From NCBI GenBank assembly GCA_963806185.1, contig CAWDXE010000004.1:128001-192000 (forward strand): DNA of 64,000 bases, in the 5' to 3' direction. This document shows positions 51,720 to 60,511 of this stretch, piece after piece. Positions within the stretch are counted from its first letter, which is position 1. Each line of letters opens with the position of its first letter. Under the pieces are notes generated by a model. That model had not been told where the DNA came from. It searched no databases and saw nothing but the letters and a program-made list of their open reading frames with translations. This DNA is from an uncultured candidate division Zixibacteria bacterium (GTDB taxonomy: Bacteria; Zixibacteria; MSB-5A5; GN15; FEB-12). The position numbers were made by a program, and so were the translations under genes.

Positions 51720-52633
51720 TCGCCTCCGACTCGCGCCCCATTTACCCCTTCGACTGGCTCCTCATCGGCTACTGCCTGATCATGATTGCCTTCATCCTGG
51801 CCTTTGGTCGGCCGCTCACCCCATATGGCAACGAACTCGCCGCCTATGCCTCTATTGCCGGCATTGCCGCCCTGATCGTGAAGTATGTCGATCAGGAGCG
51901 GGGGAGAGGCTGGAAGATCCTCCGCTTCCTGTACCCAATGCTCTTTTTCGCCCCGCTCTACAGCCTGACCGGTGGCACCATCTTTCTCATCTTTGACCGC
52001 TTTTTCGATCCACAGCTGATCGCCTTCGAACAGGCCATCTTTGGCACCGAGCCGACCCTCTTTATCGACCGTCACCTGCTGCAGCCGATGCTTAACGAAT
52101 TGTTCTCTTTCTGTTATTTCGCCTACTATTTCATGCTGCCGGCGATCGCCCTTCCCATGTTGTTCGCCGAGGAATACGACCTGTTCGGCCGTGCGGTATC
52201 CACCATGACCCTCACCTTTGCACTGTCGTTCCTGCTGTTTTTCCTCTATCCCATAGAGGGCCCCCGCTGGGTCTTCGCCGACCAATATCTGCATCCCGTG
52301 GTTGGCTACATCTTTCGTCCCGCCGTTGAGTGGGTGATTCGCGCCGGTGCCGTCCACGGCGGCGCTATGCCGTCGTCACATACCGCTATCTCGCTGATCG
52401 TTTCGCTCTATCTCCTGAAACGCTTCCGCTGGCTTGGTCGCGCCGCAGCGACCATTACCGCCGGCCTCGCTATCGGTACCTTCTGGGGACGGTTCCATTA
52501 TGTCTCCGACGTTATCGTCGGCGTCGCTATCGCCTTGTTTTCGTACTGGCTGATCGAGAAATATTACCATCTCTGGACCCATAATCCGCGAACGGTGGTT
52601 ACACAAACGCGTATACTAAAACATGTGTCCTGA
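51716..52633 (+). CDS. PAP2 family membrane phosphatase/phosphotransferase
   Basis: Multi-TM; P-GPR, AMPSSH and R-HYVSDV motifs. Confidence 0.85.
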   Translation: MIASDSRPIYPFDWLLIGYCLIMIAFILAFGRPLTPYGNELAAYASIAGIAALIVKYVDQERGRGWKILRFLYPMLFFAPLYSLTGGTIFLIFDRFFDPQLIAFEQAIFGTEPTLFIDRHLLQPMLNELFSFCYFAYYFMLPAIALPMLFAEEYDLFGRAVSTMTLTFALSFLLFFLYPIEGPRWVFADQYLHPVVGYIFRPAVEWVIRAGAVHGGAMPSSHTAISLIVSLYLLKRFRWLGRAAATITAGLAIGTFWGRFHYVSDVIVGVAIALFSYWLIEKYYHLWTHNPRTVVTQTRILKHVS

Positions 52634-53441
52634 ACTATTCCACATCGGCCCAATTCCCGTCCGCAGCTTCGGCGTGCTGATGGCTTTATCGTTCCTGTTG
52701 GGCGTACTCTACGTCCAGCGCATCACCAAGCGGGACAAGAAGCCGTTCGAACCCTTCTTCATGATCGCCTACATCATGATCATCGGCGGCGTCGTCGGGG
52801 CCCGGCTCGCTTACGTGCTGCTCCATCTTGATGAATTCTCCGGCCACTGGACCCGCACCTTCAATCCGTTCGGCGAGGGTCAGTTTGGCATCGCCGGCCT
52901 GAATCTGTACGGGGGAGTTGTCCTCGCGTTGATCGGCACCTACATATACTGCCGGTGGAAAAAAATGCCGGTCCTGGAAGCCTTTGATTATTTTGCCCCG
53001 ACGCTGGCGCTTGGCATCGGCATCACCCGCATCGGCTGTTTTCTCAATGGCTGCTGCTTCGGCACACCGACCGATCTCCCCTGGGGTATTCAATTTCCTC
53101 CCGGCTCCATACCGACTTTTGTCTTTGGCGACGCCCATCTCCACCCGGCGCAAATCTACAGCTCGATGTACGGCTTTGGGCTGTTCCTCTTTCTCCATTG
53201 GCTGATGAAACGCCGCGCCTTTCTCGGCCAGCTGGCCGCGGTCACGATGATGGCCGAAGCGGTCTTCCGCTTTGCCATTGAGTACGTCCGCTACTACGAG
53301 GACGCCATGTACTTCGATTTCATGGGCTATCGACCCACCTTCAACCAATTCGTCTCCGTCGCGCTGCTTTTGCTCGGCCTGGGCATCTATCTTGTCCAGC
53401 GTCGCCGCGGACAACTCCCCTTGGTCTCTCACAAAAAGTGA
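52623..53441 (+). CDS. lgt: Prolipoprotein diacylglyceryl transferase
   Basis: GARLAYV, YGG, RIGCFLNGCCFG, HPAQIY and RFAIEYVR motifs. Confidence 0.93.
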   Translation: MCPELFHIGPIPVRSFGVLMALSFLLGVLYVQRITKRDKKPFEPFFMIAYIMIIGGVVGARLAYVLLHLDEFSGHWTRTFNPFGEGQFGIAGLNLYGGVVLALIGTYIYCRWKKMPVLEAFDYFAPTLALGIGITRIGCFLNGCCFGTPTDLPWGIQFPPGSIPTFVFGDAHLHPAQIYSSMYGFGLFLFLHWLMKRRAFLGQLAAVTMMAEAVFRFAIEYVRYYEDAMYFDFMGYRPTFNQFVSVALLLLGLGIYLVQRRRGQLPLVSHKK

Positions 53442-53517
53442 CTGGGCTCAGTTCAAACTTCCGATTGTACCCCACTTTGACGTAGATTCATCCAACGAAA
53501 CTGCTATCAAGGAGGTT

Positions 53518-54336
53518 ATGATGATTCCCAAGTCAGCACAAAAACTACTGCTCGTCCTGCTATTGATTGTCACAGTGATCTTCACCGTCGGTTGCGGCAC
53601 CAATATCCCGTCGGGCCACCGAGCCGTTTTCTATTCCCGCTTCGGCGGCGGCACGGAGTACGGCAAAGTGTACAGCGAGGGTTTTCAATGGCACATGCCC
53701 TGGAACAATTTCATGGTCTATCAAATCCAGTTGCAGGAGCGTAAAGAGTCGCTGACCATGCTCGCCTCCGATGGCGCCACGATTCAGATGGACGTTTCCG
53801 TGCTGTTCCATCCCGATCCCACCAAGCTCGATTCCCTGCAGGGGATGATCGGCCCCAACTACTACGACGTCAAAGTGGCTCCCACCATTCGCGGCGTCGG
53901 CAGGGCTATCGCCGGACGGTTTAAACCCGAAGAGATCTACTCTACCCGCCGCGACGAACTCAACAAGGTCATTTTTGACGAGTGCGTGACGGCGCTCGAG
54001 GGTTCGCACGTCACCATGGAGAACCTGTTCATTCGCGACGTTAAACTTCCGGAAAAAATCTCCGAAGCGATCAACTTCAAGCTGGCCGCCCAGCAAGAGG
54101 CCCAACGGATGGAGTTTACGATTCAAAAGGAAAAGCTTGAGGCCGATCGCAAACGGATCGAAGCGCAGGGCATTTCCGATTTCCAGAAGATCGTCGCTTC
54201 CGGCGTCACCCCTTCACTCTTGAAATGGAAAGGAATCGAAGCGACTGAAAAGCTGGCGGCCTCGCCGAACTCGAAAATAATCGTCATCGGCAACGGTGAC
54301 AGCCAATTGCCGATCATCCTGGGCGGAGATAAGTAG
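53518..54336 (+). CDS. Prohibitin/SPFH domain protein, possibly a lipoprotein
   Basis: AGGAGG SD; EG-WHMPW, IYS-RR, AQQEA and EAQGI motifs; TVGC after a hydrophobic stretch. Confidence 0.88.
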   Translation: MMIPKSAQKLLLVLLLIVTVIFTVGCGTNIPSGHRAVFYSRFGGGTEYGKVYSEGFQWHMPWNNFMVYQIQLQERKESLTMLASDGATIQMDVSVLFHPDPTKLDSLQGMIGPNYYDVKVAPTIRGVGRAIAGRFKPEEIYSTRRDELNKVIFDECVTALEGSHVTMENLFIRDVKLPEKISEAINFKLAAQQEAQRMEFTIQKEKLEADRKRIEAQGISDFQKIVASGVTPSLLKWKGIEATEKLAASPNSKIIVIGNGDSQLPIILGGDK

Positions 54337-54360
54337 CCCCTCGCACCGGTATTTGCGAAG

Positions 54361-54410
54361 ATGAAAACGGAGCCGCCTCGCGATCTAAGCGACTCCGTTC
54401 TTATTTTCAT
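54361..54410. terminator. Hairpin between convergent genes (likely bidirectional terminator)
   Basis: aacggagccgc...gcgactccgtt flanked by atgaaaa/ttttcat. Confidence 0.55.
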
Positions 54411-54417
54411 GAACACG

Positions 54418-55740
54418 CTATTGACAATTGGGTAGCGGGGTGAACGAAATGAAAAGATTGTAAATCAGCTCCGTCAAATCGCCAATATCGATGCCCCCTG
54501 TTACATCGCAATTCGCTTCCTGTTCGCAGCAGAGGGGAGAGAAGGAACCAAACAGGTTGTCGATCAACCTCGTGAGATCGCCGATATCGACGCTAGTATC
54601 GCAATTGACATCTCCGACCTCACCCACACAGCAGGTATCACACTGATCGGCGATTGGCGAACTCGGCCATTCAATTGTCGTCCCACTCGGCGGATTTACC
54701 GGCGGGCCGTCCCAAACACCCGTGCCCCCCATCCAATGTGAACCAGGTTGGCGGATGAAATAACCGCCCAGAAAGAGCCGATTATCAAAGACCTTCACGG
54801 CTTCAATATAGTCGTACGCGAACGCTTCGCTCGCTGGTACATCACGCCAGTTCATGCCGTCCCAGTGGACAACCTGTGTCAGGGTCGGATCTGATGGTGA
54901 CGAAATGTACCCCGCCACCACAAGTCCGCCGGCAAATGCCTCCATGGTGAATATCGGCCCGATGAGAGGAGAGCCTAGCCCCGACCAGCTCAGGCCGTCC
55001 CATGCCGCCACTCGGCCCACACACTGATCTGCAAAAGTTATCCGCCCTCCGGCGATCAACCTGCCGGCGATTTCTGCGAAACAAGCAACCGAACCCCGAA
55101 ATTCCGTGCCTACCATCTGCCACTGGGAACCGTCCCAGCGGCGCACGCCGAAGTCGCCACCGACAAACAGTTCGTCCCCGTACACCGTCAGCGCACTTAC
55201 CATTCCTGAAAATGTGCCGCCAAGCGTCGTCCAGGAGACGCCATCCCACTTCACTACGTAATTCTCCCAAGTTGAGCCGATCTTGAAGTATCCCCCGGCA
55301 ATGAGGTCACCGTGGAAATCTGCAAGCGCGTCCACGGACCCGTCCATATCGGCGGGAAATGGAACAAATCCCGCTCCGTCGAAAGTCACTATGTACCGGT
55401 AGCCCGTTTGCCCTGGGAAATTAAAATACCCCCCCACCGTTAACACCCCGTTATAGCTGGTAATCGATTTGACGCTCACTGCCTCCGGGCCGCCCAGCGG
55501 TTGCCACCCGGATCCCGTCCATTTGGCAAGAGGATTAGGCTGATGTCCAGTGTAGGCTGCCCCGGCGTACAACTCGCCGTTGTGAACGTAATAACAGACC
55601 GTCGTACGCGTCGAATCAAACTGAAGCGCCGACGGCTGAACCAGGGTCGGCTGCGTCCGGCCAGTAACACCAGCCAGGAGCATACAAAGTATGATCACTC
55701 CCCACCAGCCGCTCCGCCATCGTCCCTGCGTTGTTGCCAT
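54418..55740 (-). CDS. Secreted beta-propeller-like repeat protein with a C-terminal dockerin-like domain
   Basis: Repeats of L-AGG-F...WDG-W-LG; tail CCVG-GDVNCD and duplicated DIGDLT-LI-NLF-SF-PL. Confidence 0.8.
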   Translation of the reverse strand: MATTQGRWRSGWWGVIILCMLLAGVTGRTQPTLVQPSALQFDSTRTTVCYYVHNGELYAGAAYTGHQPNPLAKWTGSGWQPLGGPEAVSVKSITSYNGVLTVGGYFNFPGQTGYRYIVTFDGAGFVPFPADMDGSVDALADFHGDLIAGGYFKIGSTWENYVVKWDGVSWTTLGGTFSGMVSALTVYGDELFVGGDFGVRRWDGSQWQMVGTEFRGSVACFAEIAGRLIAGGRITFADQCVGRVAAWDGLSWSGLGSPLIGPIFTMEAFAGGLVVAGYISSPSDPTLTQVVHWDGMNWRDVPASEAFAYDYIEAVKVFDNRLFLGGYFIRQPGSHWMGGTGVWDGPPVNPPSGTTIEWPSSPIADQCDTCCVGEVGDVNCDTSVDIGDLTRLIDNLFGSFSPLCCEQEANCDVTGGIDIGDLTELIYNLFISFTPLPNCQ

Positions 55741-55898
55741 GTTGACTCCTTATCCTTTCGGATTGACCGCCCTGGGTGAGGGGCCGCTCGCCAGTCGACG
55801 GCCAGGTGGTTCCGTGATCTTCGTATACTAAATGTACCACCATCGCAAAATCATGCAAATCATTTGTTGCCGATGGGGTATAGAAGGAATGAAGGCGC

Positions 55899-56609
55899 TC
55901 AAAATGCAATGGTGTTACCGAAGGTAAGATACCGCCCTATCTGCCTCGTGTGTACTTGCTCGTGCCAGAGCGCCCGCCGCACCACTTTGCGTGCCGTCCA
56001 GCGCTCCCCACGTTTCTCCGCTACCATCGTGCTGCCCGCAAGTGTCGACAGAACTGCTGCCGTATGTTCGCGCACCTGCGAAAGCAGCGCAAAGATGTCC
56101 GTTGCCAGTAGTGACCGATCAAACGCCCTGTCCAACCGATCCAGGTACCACCACTCTGCTGTTGCCACGTGTTGCAAAATCCCCCGTATGGTCCCGAATC
56201 TGTCGCCGGGAATCGGTTGATCCAGCCTCTCAGTCATCAGCGGCCTGACCAGCCCGAGCAACTCCGCCCGATACAGGCGCATTAACAGCAGTCCATCGGC
56301 TATCTCGACTTCGGTGAGCGGGCGACGGTCATCTCTGAAGCAAGCGTTGACATAATAGTCATCCCCTGCTATCGAGAATGATTGATGGCGCTCGGCAATT
56401 TCATATTCGACAGGCACATCTTCGGTGATCTCCGTCTCCGTATTTGCTTGAAACGACTGCAACCGCCGGACATGTCGATTCACGCACTCCTCAACCCCAT
56501 CCAACGTTTCCTGCACTGTCGTCCCGCGCGAGTAACAACCGGGATATTCAAAGACCCAGGCCACCCAGTTATTCGGTTCGATATCCTCTATGCCGAGATG
56601 AACGCGCAT
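55899..56609 (-). CDS. HicB-like N-terminal domain fused to a DinB-family domain
   Basis: AWV-YPGCYSRG-T; ILQHVA-AEWWY; WT-RKVVRR-WHE-H. Confidence 0.75.
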   Translation of the reverse strand: MRVHLGIEDIEPNNWVAWVFEYPGCYSRGTTVQETLDGVEECVNRHVRRLQSFQANTETEITEDVPVEYEIAERHQSFSIAGDDYYVNACFRDDRRPLTEVEIADGLLLMRLYRAELLGLVRPLMTERLDQPIPGDRFGTIRGILQHVATAEWWYLDRLDRAFDRSLLATDIFALLSQVREHTAAVLSTLAGSTMVAEKRGERWTARKVVRRALWHEQVHTRQIGRYLTFGNTIAF

Positions 56610-56659
56610 GACAGACTTCCTCGCTGCTTTCAGCATAACCAAGGAAATCCGCCGCCGCA

Positions 56660-57225
56660 AGCAGGGTAGGTCGGGTTCCGGAGCGAGACACGCTCGAGGA
56701 GAAACCCGACAGCGAGACTGCCTTTGTCGGGTGGTCATTGAGATCCTGAATCATGAGAATGATTCAGGATGACGAGGTGGGGAGTTGCAGGTCGGATTCG
56801 GGAGTCTGTCGCAGACAAATGTTGAAGCTCGACACGACGAGCTGCCCCTTTTGCTCCCTCTCCCTTTGGTAGAGGGTCGGGGTGAGGGCCGGGGGGGCTC
56901 AATGAAGAAAGATGGCAAAACGCTTGTCGAATCAAGAGACGTAGGTCGGGAGCTGTAGCTCTCGACGTCAGAAGAAAAAGCGTCAGGTCACACGCTGCAG
57001 GGAGGCGTCGCAGGACCTTGTGGAGTGGGGAGTGCGGTGACGGTCAGGCACGGGGCCTGACCGCACATTTGCATACGCCGGGCTTCGACGAAGTTCACCC
57101 TGAGCCCTTCGACTTACGCTCAGGATAAACTACGCCGAAGGGCTCAGCCCGACGATAGAAATCTTAGATTGAGTTTTGCGACACTGTCGCGGGGGGTAAA
57201 GAAGGCACGCCCCGGGACAAGTGCC
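56660..57225. repeat. Intergenic cluster of REP-like palindromes
   Basis: 56739-56777 is the reverse complement of 2782-2820 (37/39); GTAG-initiated hairpins at ~56666 and 56941; ccctctccc...ggggtgaggg; reverse-oriented copies of the ~41105 and 2673 elements; nested cttcgac...ctcaggataaac. Confidence 0.85.
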
Positions 57226-57229
57226 CCTC

Positions 57230-57598
57230 CTACATGCCTGAGCCGGGGAGCGGCTTGAACAGGCCGACAATTAACCCATCCGGATCCTTGAAGAAGGCCG
57301 ACTGGCCGACGCCGGGAATATCCATTGGCGGCACGACCGTCTGCCCACCGTGCTTCTCAATCTTTGACAGATATGCCGGGATATCATCGACCGCGATGTA
57401 GAACGTCAGGTACGGCGATCCCTTGGGCGCTTTGAAAATGCCGCCATTGATCCCTTGACCGCCGGTGTCAACCACGCCGTAATTCATCGGATTGCCGGCG
57501 TCGATCTTCCAATCAAACACACCCTGATAAAACTTGTGAGCCTTAGCATCGTCGGTTGCGGCGATCTCCCAATGCACAATTGGATTTGCCATTCTCAT
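57230..57598 (-). CDS. VOC/glyoxalase family protein
   Basis: VHWEI, FY-VFDW, GINGGI, FYIAVDDI and FKDPDG motifs. Confidence 0.9.
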   Translation of the reverse strand: MRMANPIVHWEIAATDDAKAHKFYQGVFDWKIDAGNPMNYGVVDTGGQGINGGIFKAPKGSPYLTFYIAVDDIPAYLSKIEKHGGQTVVPPMDIPGVGQSAFFKDPDGLIVGLFKPLPGSGM

Positions 57599-57769
57599 TT
57601 CCTTTCAGACGCTTGATGGGCACTTGGGCGGACAGGCGGCTATCCGCGTTGTTGAGAGGAAATATATAGTGGATTGTCTGAGTGCACAATCACATTAGTA
57701 TGAATGGGCGGCCCTCGGCCGGTTTGAGCCGACCTTGCCTATCGCATTGTGGCCGCATACATTACAGGC

Positions 57770-60079
57770 ATGGCTGCGCCTCCAAAACTGCGTTCGGATT
57801 TGATTACCGTACCGTCCACAGTCGACCAAGCGACTGTCTATACGATTAAGGATCCGATCACCGGCAAGTACTTTCGTCTGCGCGAACCGGAATTCTGGCT
57901 CATTTCGCAATTCGACGGACAATCTGAGGCGGACGAATTGGCGAAACGATTTCGCGAGCAGTTCGACGCCAACATCGCCGCCGATCAGGTCAATCAGTTT
58001 GTCACGATCCTGGAAGATCTCCTATTCCTGGAGAACACGCACAGCGAGCAGGGAATTTCCCGCCAAGCTTACCGGAACCAGATGGCGCGGTCGCGGCTGT
58101 CCCAGTTGCTCTACATGCCGCTGACCTCATTCGCTCCGGGGCGGATCCTTGATGTGGCAGTGCGGCTGTATCGCCCGCTTCACTCTCGACTCTGGTTTGC
58201 GGTGTCGCTGCTTGGGCTCATCCTCGCGGCATGGGTGCTGGGTGAGAACCGGAGTTCGTTTGCCATCGATCCCCGAACGCTGATTTCATGGAACACTCTC
58301 ATCACCCTGGTGGCGGCAATTTTCATCATGGGAGTGTTTCACGAAATGGCGCACGCCGTGGTTTGTCGTTATTACGGGGGTGACGTGCGACGCATGGGTT
58401 TCTTCCTGCTGTATTTTCAACCCTGCTTCTACTGCGACATTTCCGACGCCTGGCTCTTCCCCAAGCGGAGTCAGCGTCTCCTGGTGACACTCGCCGGACC
58501 GTATTGCCAGGCGTTGTTGACCGGCGCCGCGATCCTGCTGTGGCGAATCACCCAACCGGAGACCTGGATCAATTCGCTGGTCTGGATGACGGCGTTGATC
58601 TCGCTCGTTACGTTGCTATTCAACCTCAATCCTTTGATAAAGCTCGATGGCTATTACCTGTTGTCGGATTGGATGGAGGTCCCCAATCTGCGGCAAAAGG
58701 CATTCCGGTACCTGGGCAATGTCTTTAAACGCTGGGCGCTCGGCTGGCCAATTGAGCGGATTGACGTGACCGCGCGCGAGCGAAGGATATTTCTGATTTA
58801 TGCGGTTCTGGCGCTGATTTATTCGGCATTTCTGATCGGTTACTCGGCAATGTTTCTGGGTAGACTGGTTTTCCTGTACCTCGGCGGAGCGGGATTGCTG
58901 TTGTTGATTGGTGTCGTTCTGTTTATGTTACGACGGGAACTGGGACGCCTGGCCAAAGGGATTTTGCGGCACCTGGGGTATATGAAGACTTTGCTCGCGC
59001 ATCCAATACGTCTGACAGTCTATATCATTCTGACGATTGCGTTGATCGTCGTCTGCTTCATTGTCAAGTTCCCGCATCGAGTCGCCGGTGAGGTGACAGT
59101 CGCTCCGCTGCGCGAGTTCAGTGTAGGCATCAATCAACTTGGCTATCTGGAGAGCACGTACCGGCAGGGGGGAGAACATCCGGAAAACAAATCGTGGCTG
59201 ACAAAGATGGAATCGTCCGATGTCTTGGCGATTGAACTGAAGCCCATGGTCAATGACGGTCAGCACGTTAAGGCGGGAGACACGATTGCGATCGCCGTAT
59301 CCAACCTGATGGCGAAGGACCTCGAGTCTTCAGAGGCCGAATTACAGCGTCTTGAGGGAGAACTCGCGCTTCTGAAGGCGCCACCCAAGCGGGAACGGGT
59401 GGAGGAAGCACGCGCTCTCGTCAACAGTGCCCGCACCGCGCTCGATCAGCGTCAACGCGAATACAAACGCGTACAGCAATTGGTGGACCGTAAGCTGGGT
59501 ACACAGGAACAACTCGAGGGGGCTAAGTCGGCGGTCGACATCGCCGAAGCCGAAATGGCTAATCGAAAGTCGACTCTGGCACTCGTGGAGTCACCGCCCC
59601 GTCCGGAAGAAGAGGCCGTGCTTCAACACGCCATCGCCAAACAACAATCTCAAATCCAATATCTTCGCAGTCAGGCGGCAGCGCAGATTATTGCGGCGCC
59701 GATCGACGGAACGGTGCGTTCCCGATTGATTGACACCAAACTGCTGGTGATCGCGGACGGCGCGACCATTGAAGCGCAGGTACCTGTGACAGATATTGAC
59801 ATCCCACTCGTCTCATTGCGGCAGAAAGTGTCACTCAAGGTGCGCGCGTATCCGTCGATGGTTTTTGAGGGGGAAGTTGCCGCGTTGCCGGAAGTAGGCG
59901 TTGAAAAAGATAAGCAGATGATCTTTCCGGTGACGGCCACGTTCAAAAATGGCAGTGCACTGCTCCAACAGGGGATGAGTGGTTATGCCAAGATCGAAGT
60001 TGGCACGGCGACGCTGGCCGCGCGGTTGTGGCGTAAGTTACGATCCCTCATACGAGTAGAGTTCTGGTCCTGGTGGTAG
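57770..60079 (+). CDS. RRE(PqqD-like)-M50 intramembrane peptidase-HlyD membrane fusion protein hybrid
   Basis: N-terminal PKLRSDL...KDPITGKYFRL...FDG helical bundle; HEMAH, AGP and NLNPLIKLDGYY; C-terminal lipoyl/coiled-coil/APIDGTV/GMSGYAKI adaptor pattern. Confidence 0.85.
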   Translation: MAAPPKLRSDLITVPSTVDQATVYTIKDPITGKYFRLREPEFWLISQFDGQSEADELAKRFREQFDANIAADQVNQFVTILEDLLFLENTHSEQGISRQAYRNQMARSRLSQLLYMPLTSFAPGRILDVAVRLYRPLHSRLWFAVSLLGLILAAWVLGENRSSFAIDPRTLISWNTLITLVAAIFIMGVFHEMAHAVVCRYYGGDVRRMGFFLLYFQPCFYCDISDAWLFPKRSQRLLVTLAGPYCQALLTGAAILLWRITQPETWINSLVWMTALISLVTLLFNLNPLIKLDGYYLLSDWMEVPNLRQKAFRYLGNVFKRWALGWPIERIDVTARERRIFLIYAVLALIYSAFLIGYSAMFLGRLVFLYLGGAGLLLLIGVVLFMLRRELGRLAKGILRHLGYMKTLLAHPIRLTVYIILTIALIVVCFIVKFPHRVAGEVTVAPLREFSVGINQLGYLESTYRQGGEHPENKSWLTKMESSDVLAIELKPMVNDGQHVKAGDTIAIAVSNLMAKDLESSEAELQRLEGELALLKAPPKRERVEEARALVNSARTALDQRQREYKRVQQLVDRKLGTQEQLEGAKSAVDIAEAEMANRKSTLALVESPPRPEEEAVLQHAIAKQQSQIQYLRSQAAAQIIAAPIDGTVRSRLIDTKLLVIADGATIEAQVPVTDIDIPLVSLRQKVSLKVRAYPSMVFEGEVAALPEVGVEKDKQMIFPVTATFKNGSALLQQGMSGYAKIEVGTATLAARLWRKLRSLIRVEFWSWW

Positions 60080-60248
60080 GCCGGATGTAATAGTCGGCAG
60101 CAGTCGCGCACAGCACCGGCAAGTTTTGCATACCACTTTCACATAATCTCACCACATTTTCGATCAATCGCACTCGAATTTTTTTCCTGTGCGGCAAAGT
60201 TTTCCGATAATACTACCCCTAGATAAACATGGACAATGCTCATTTCTC

Positions 60249-60276
60249 TTGACGTGTGGCGGGCCGCTCGTATTTT
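60249..60276 (+). promoter_or_regulatory. Sigma70-like promoter for the small peptide gene
   Basis: TTGACG-16 nt-TATTTT, about 100 nt upstream of the peptide ATG. Confidence 0.5.
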
Positions 60277-60379
60277 ATGAGTACATGCCTCCGCAGAGGC
60301 AGCACACACATCTGTAAATTACACACACACTCCTCCCGATGGGCGGGAGGGAGAGTACGTACATGAAGGAGGTGAATGA

Positions 60380-60457
60380 ATGAAAGACTACAAACTAACC
60401 GTAGAAGTCCTGGAGGAGCGCATCGCTCCGGGTATGAGCCTGGGCGGCCAGGGTTGA
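60380..60457 (+). CDS. Putative precursor peptide MKDYKLTVEVLEERIAPGMSLGGQG (25 aa)
   Basis: Full-length SD AAGGAGGTGA directly upstream; LEERIAP leader-like motif; own promoter and terminator; adjacent to the RRE-peptidase. Confidence 0.8.
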   Translation: MKDYKLTVEVLEERIAPGMSLGGQG

Positions 60458-60481
60458 TCTGACGGTTTCGTCTGATGAATC

Positions 60482-60511
60482 AAAGGGCAGGTTATCCTGC
60501 CCTTTCCTTTT
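60482..60511 (+). terminator. Intrinsic terminator after the peptide gene (may be bidirectional)
   Basis: Perfect 10-bp stem aaagggcagg-ttat-cctgcccttt followed by cctttt. Confidence 0.8.

Noticed and set aside
60135..60165. dif site (actttcacataa resembles a XerC arm)
   Set aside because: No XerD arm (ttatgttaaat-like) at 6-nt spacing.
60455..60475. Selenocysteine readthrough of the peptide TGA (would add U-S-D-G-F-V)
   Set aside because: The adjacent hairpin loop is only about 7 nt from the TGA, too close for a bacterial SECIS, and there is no redox motif context.
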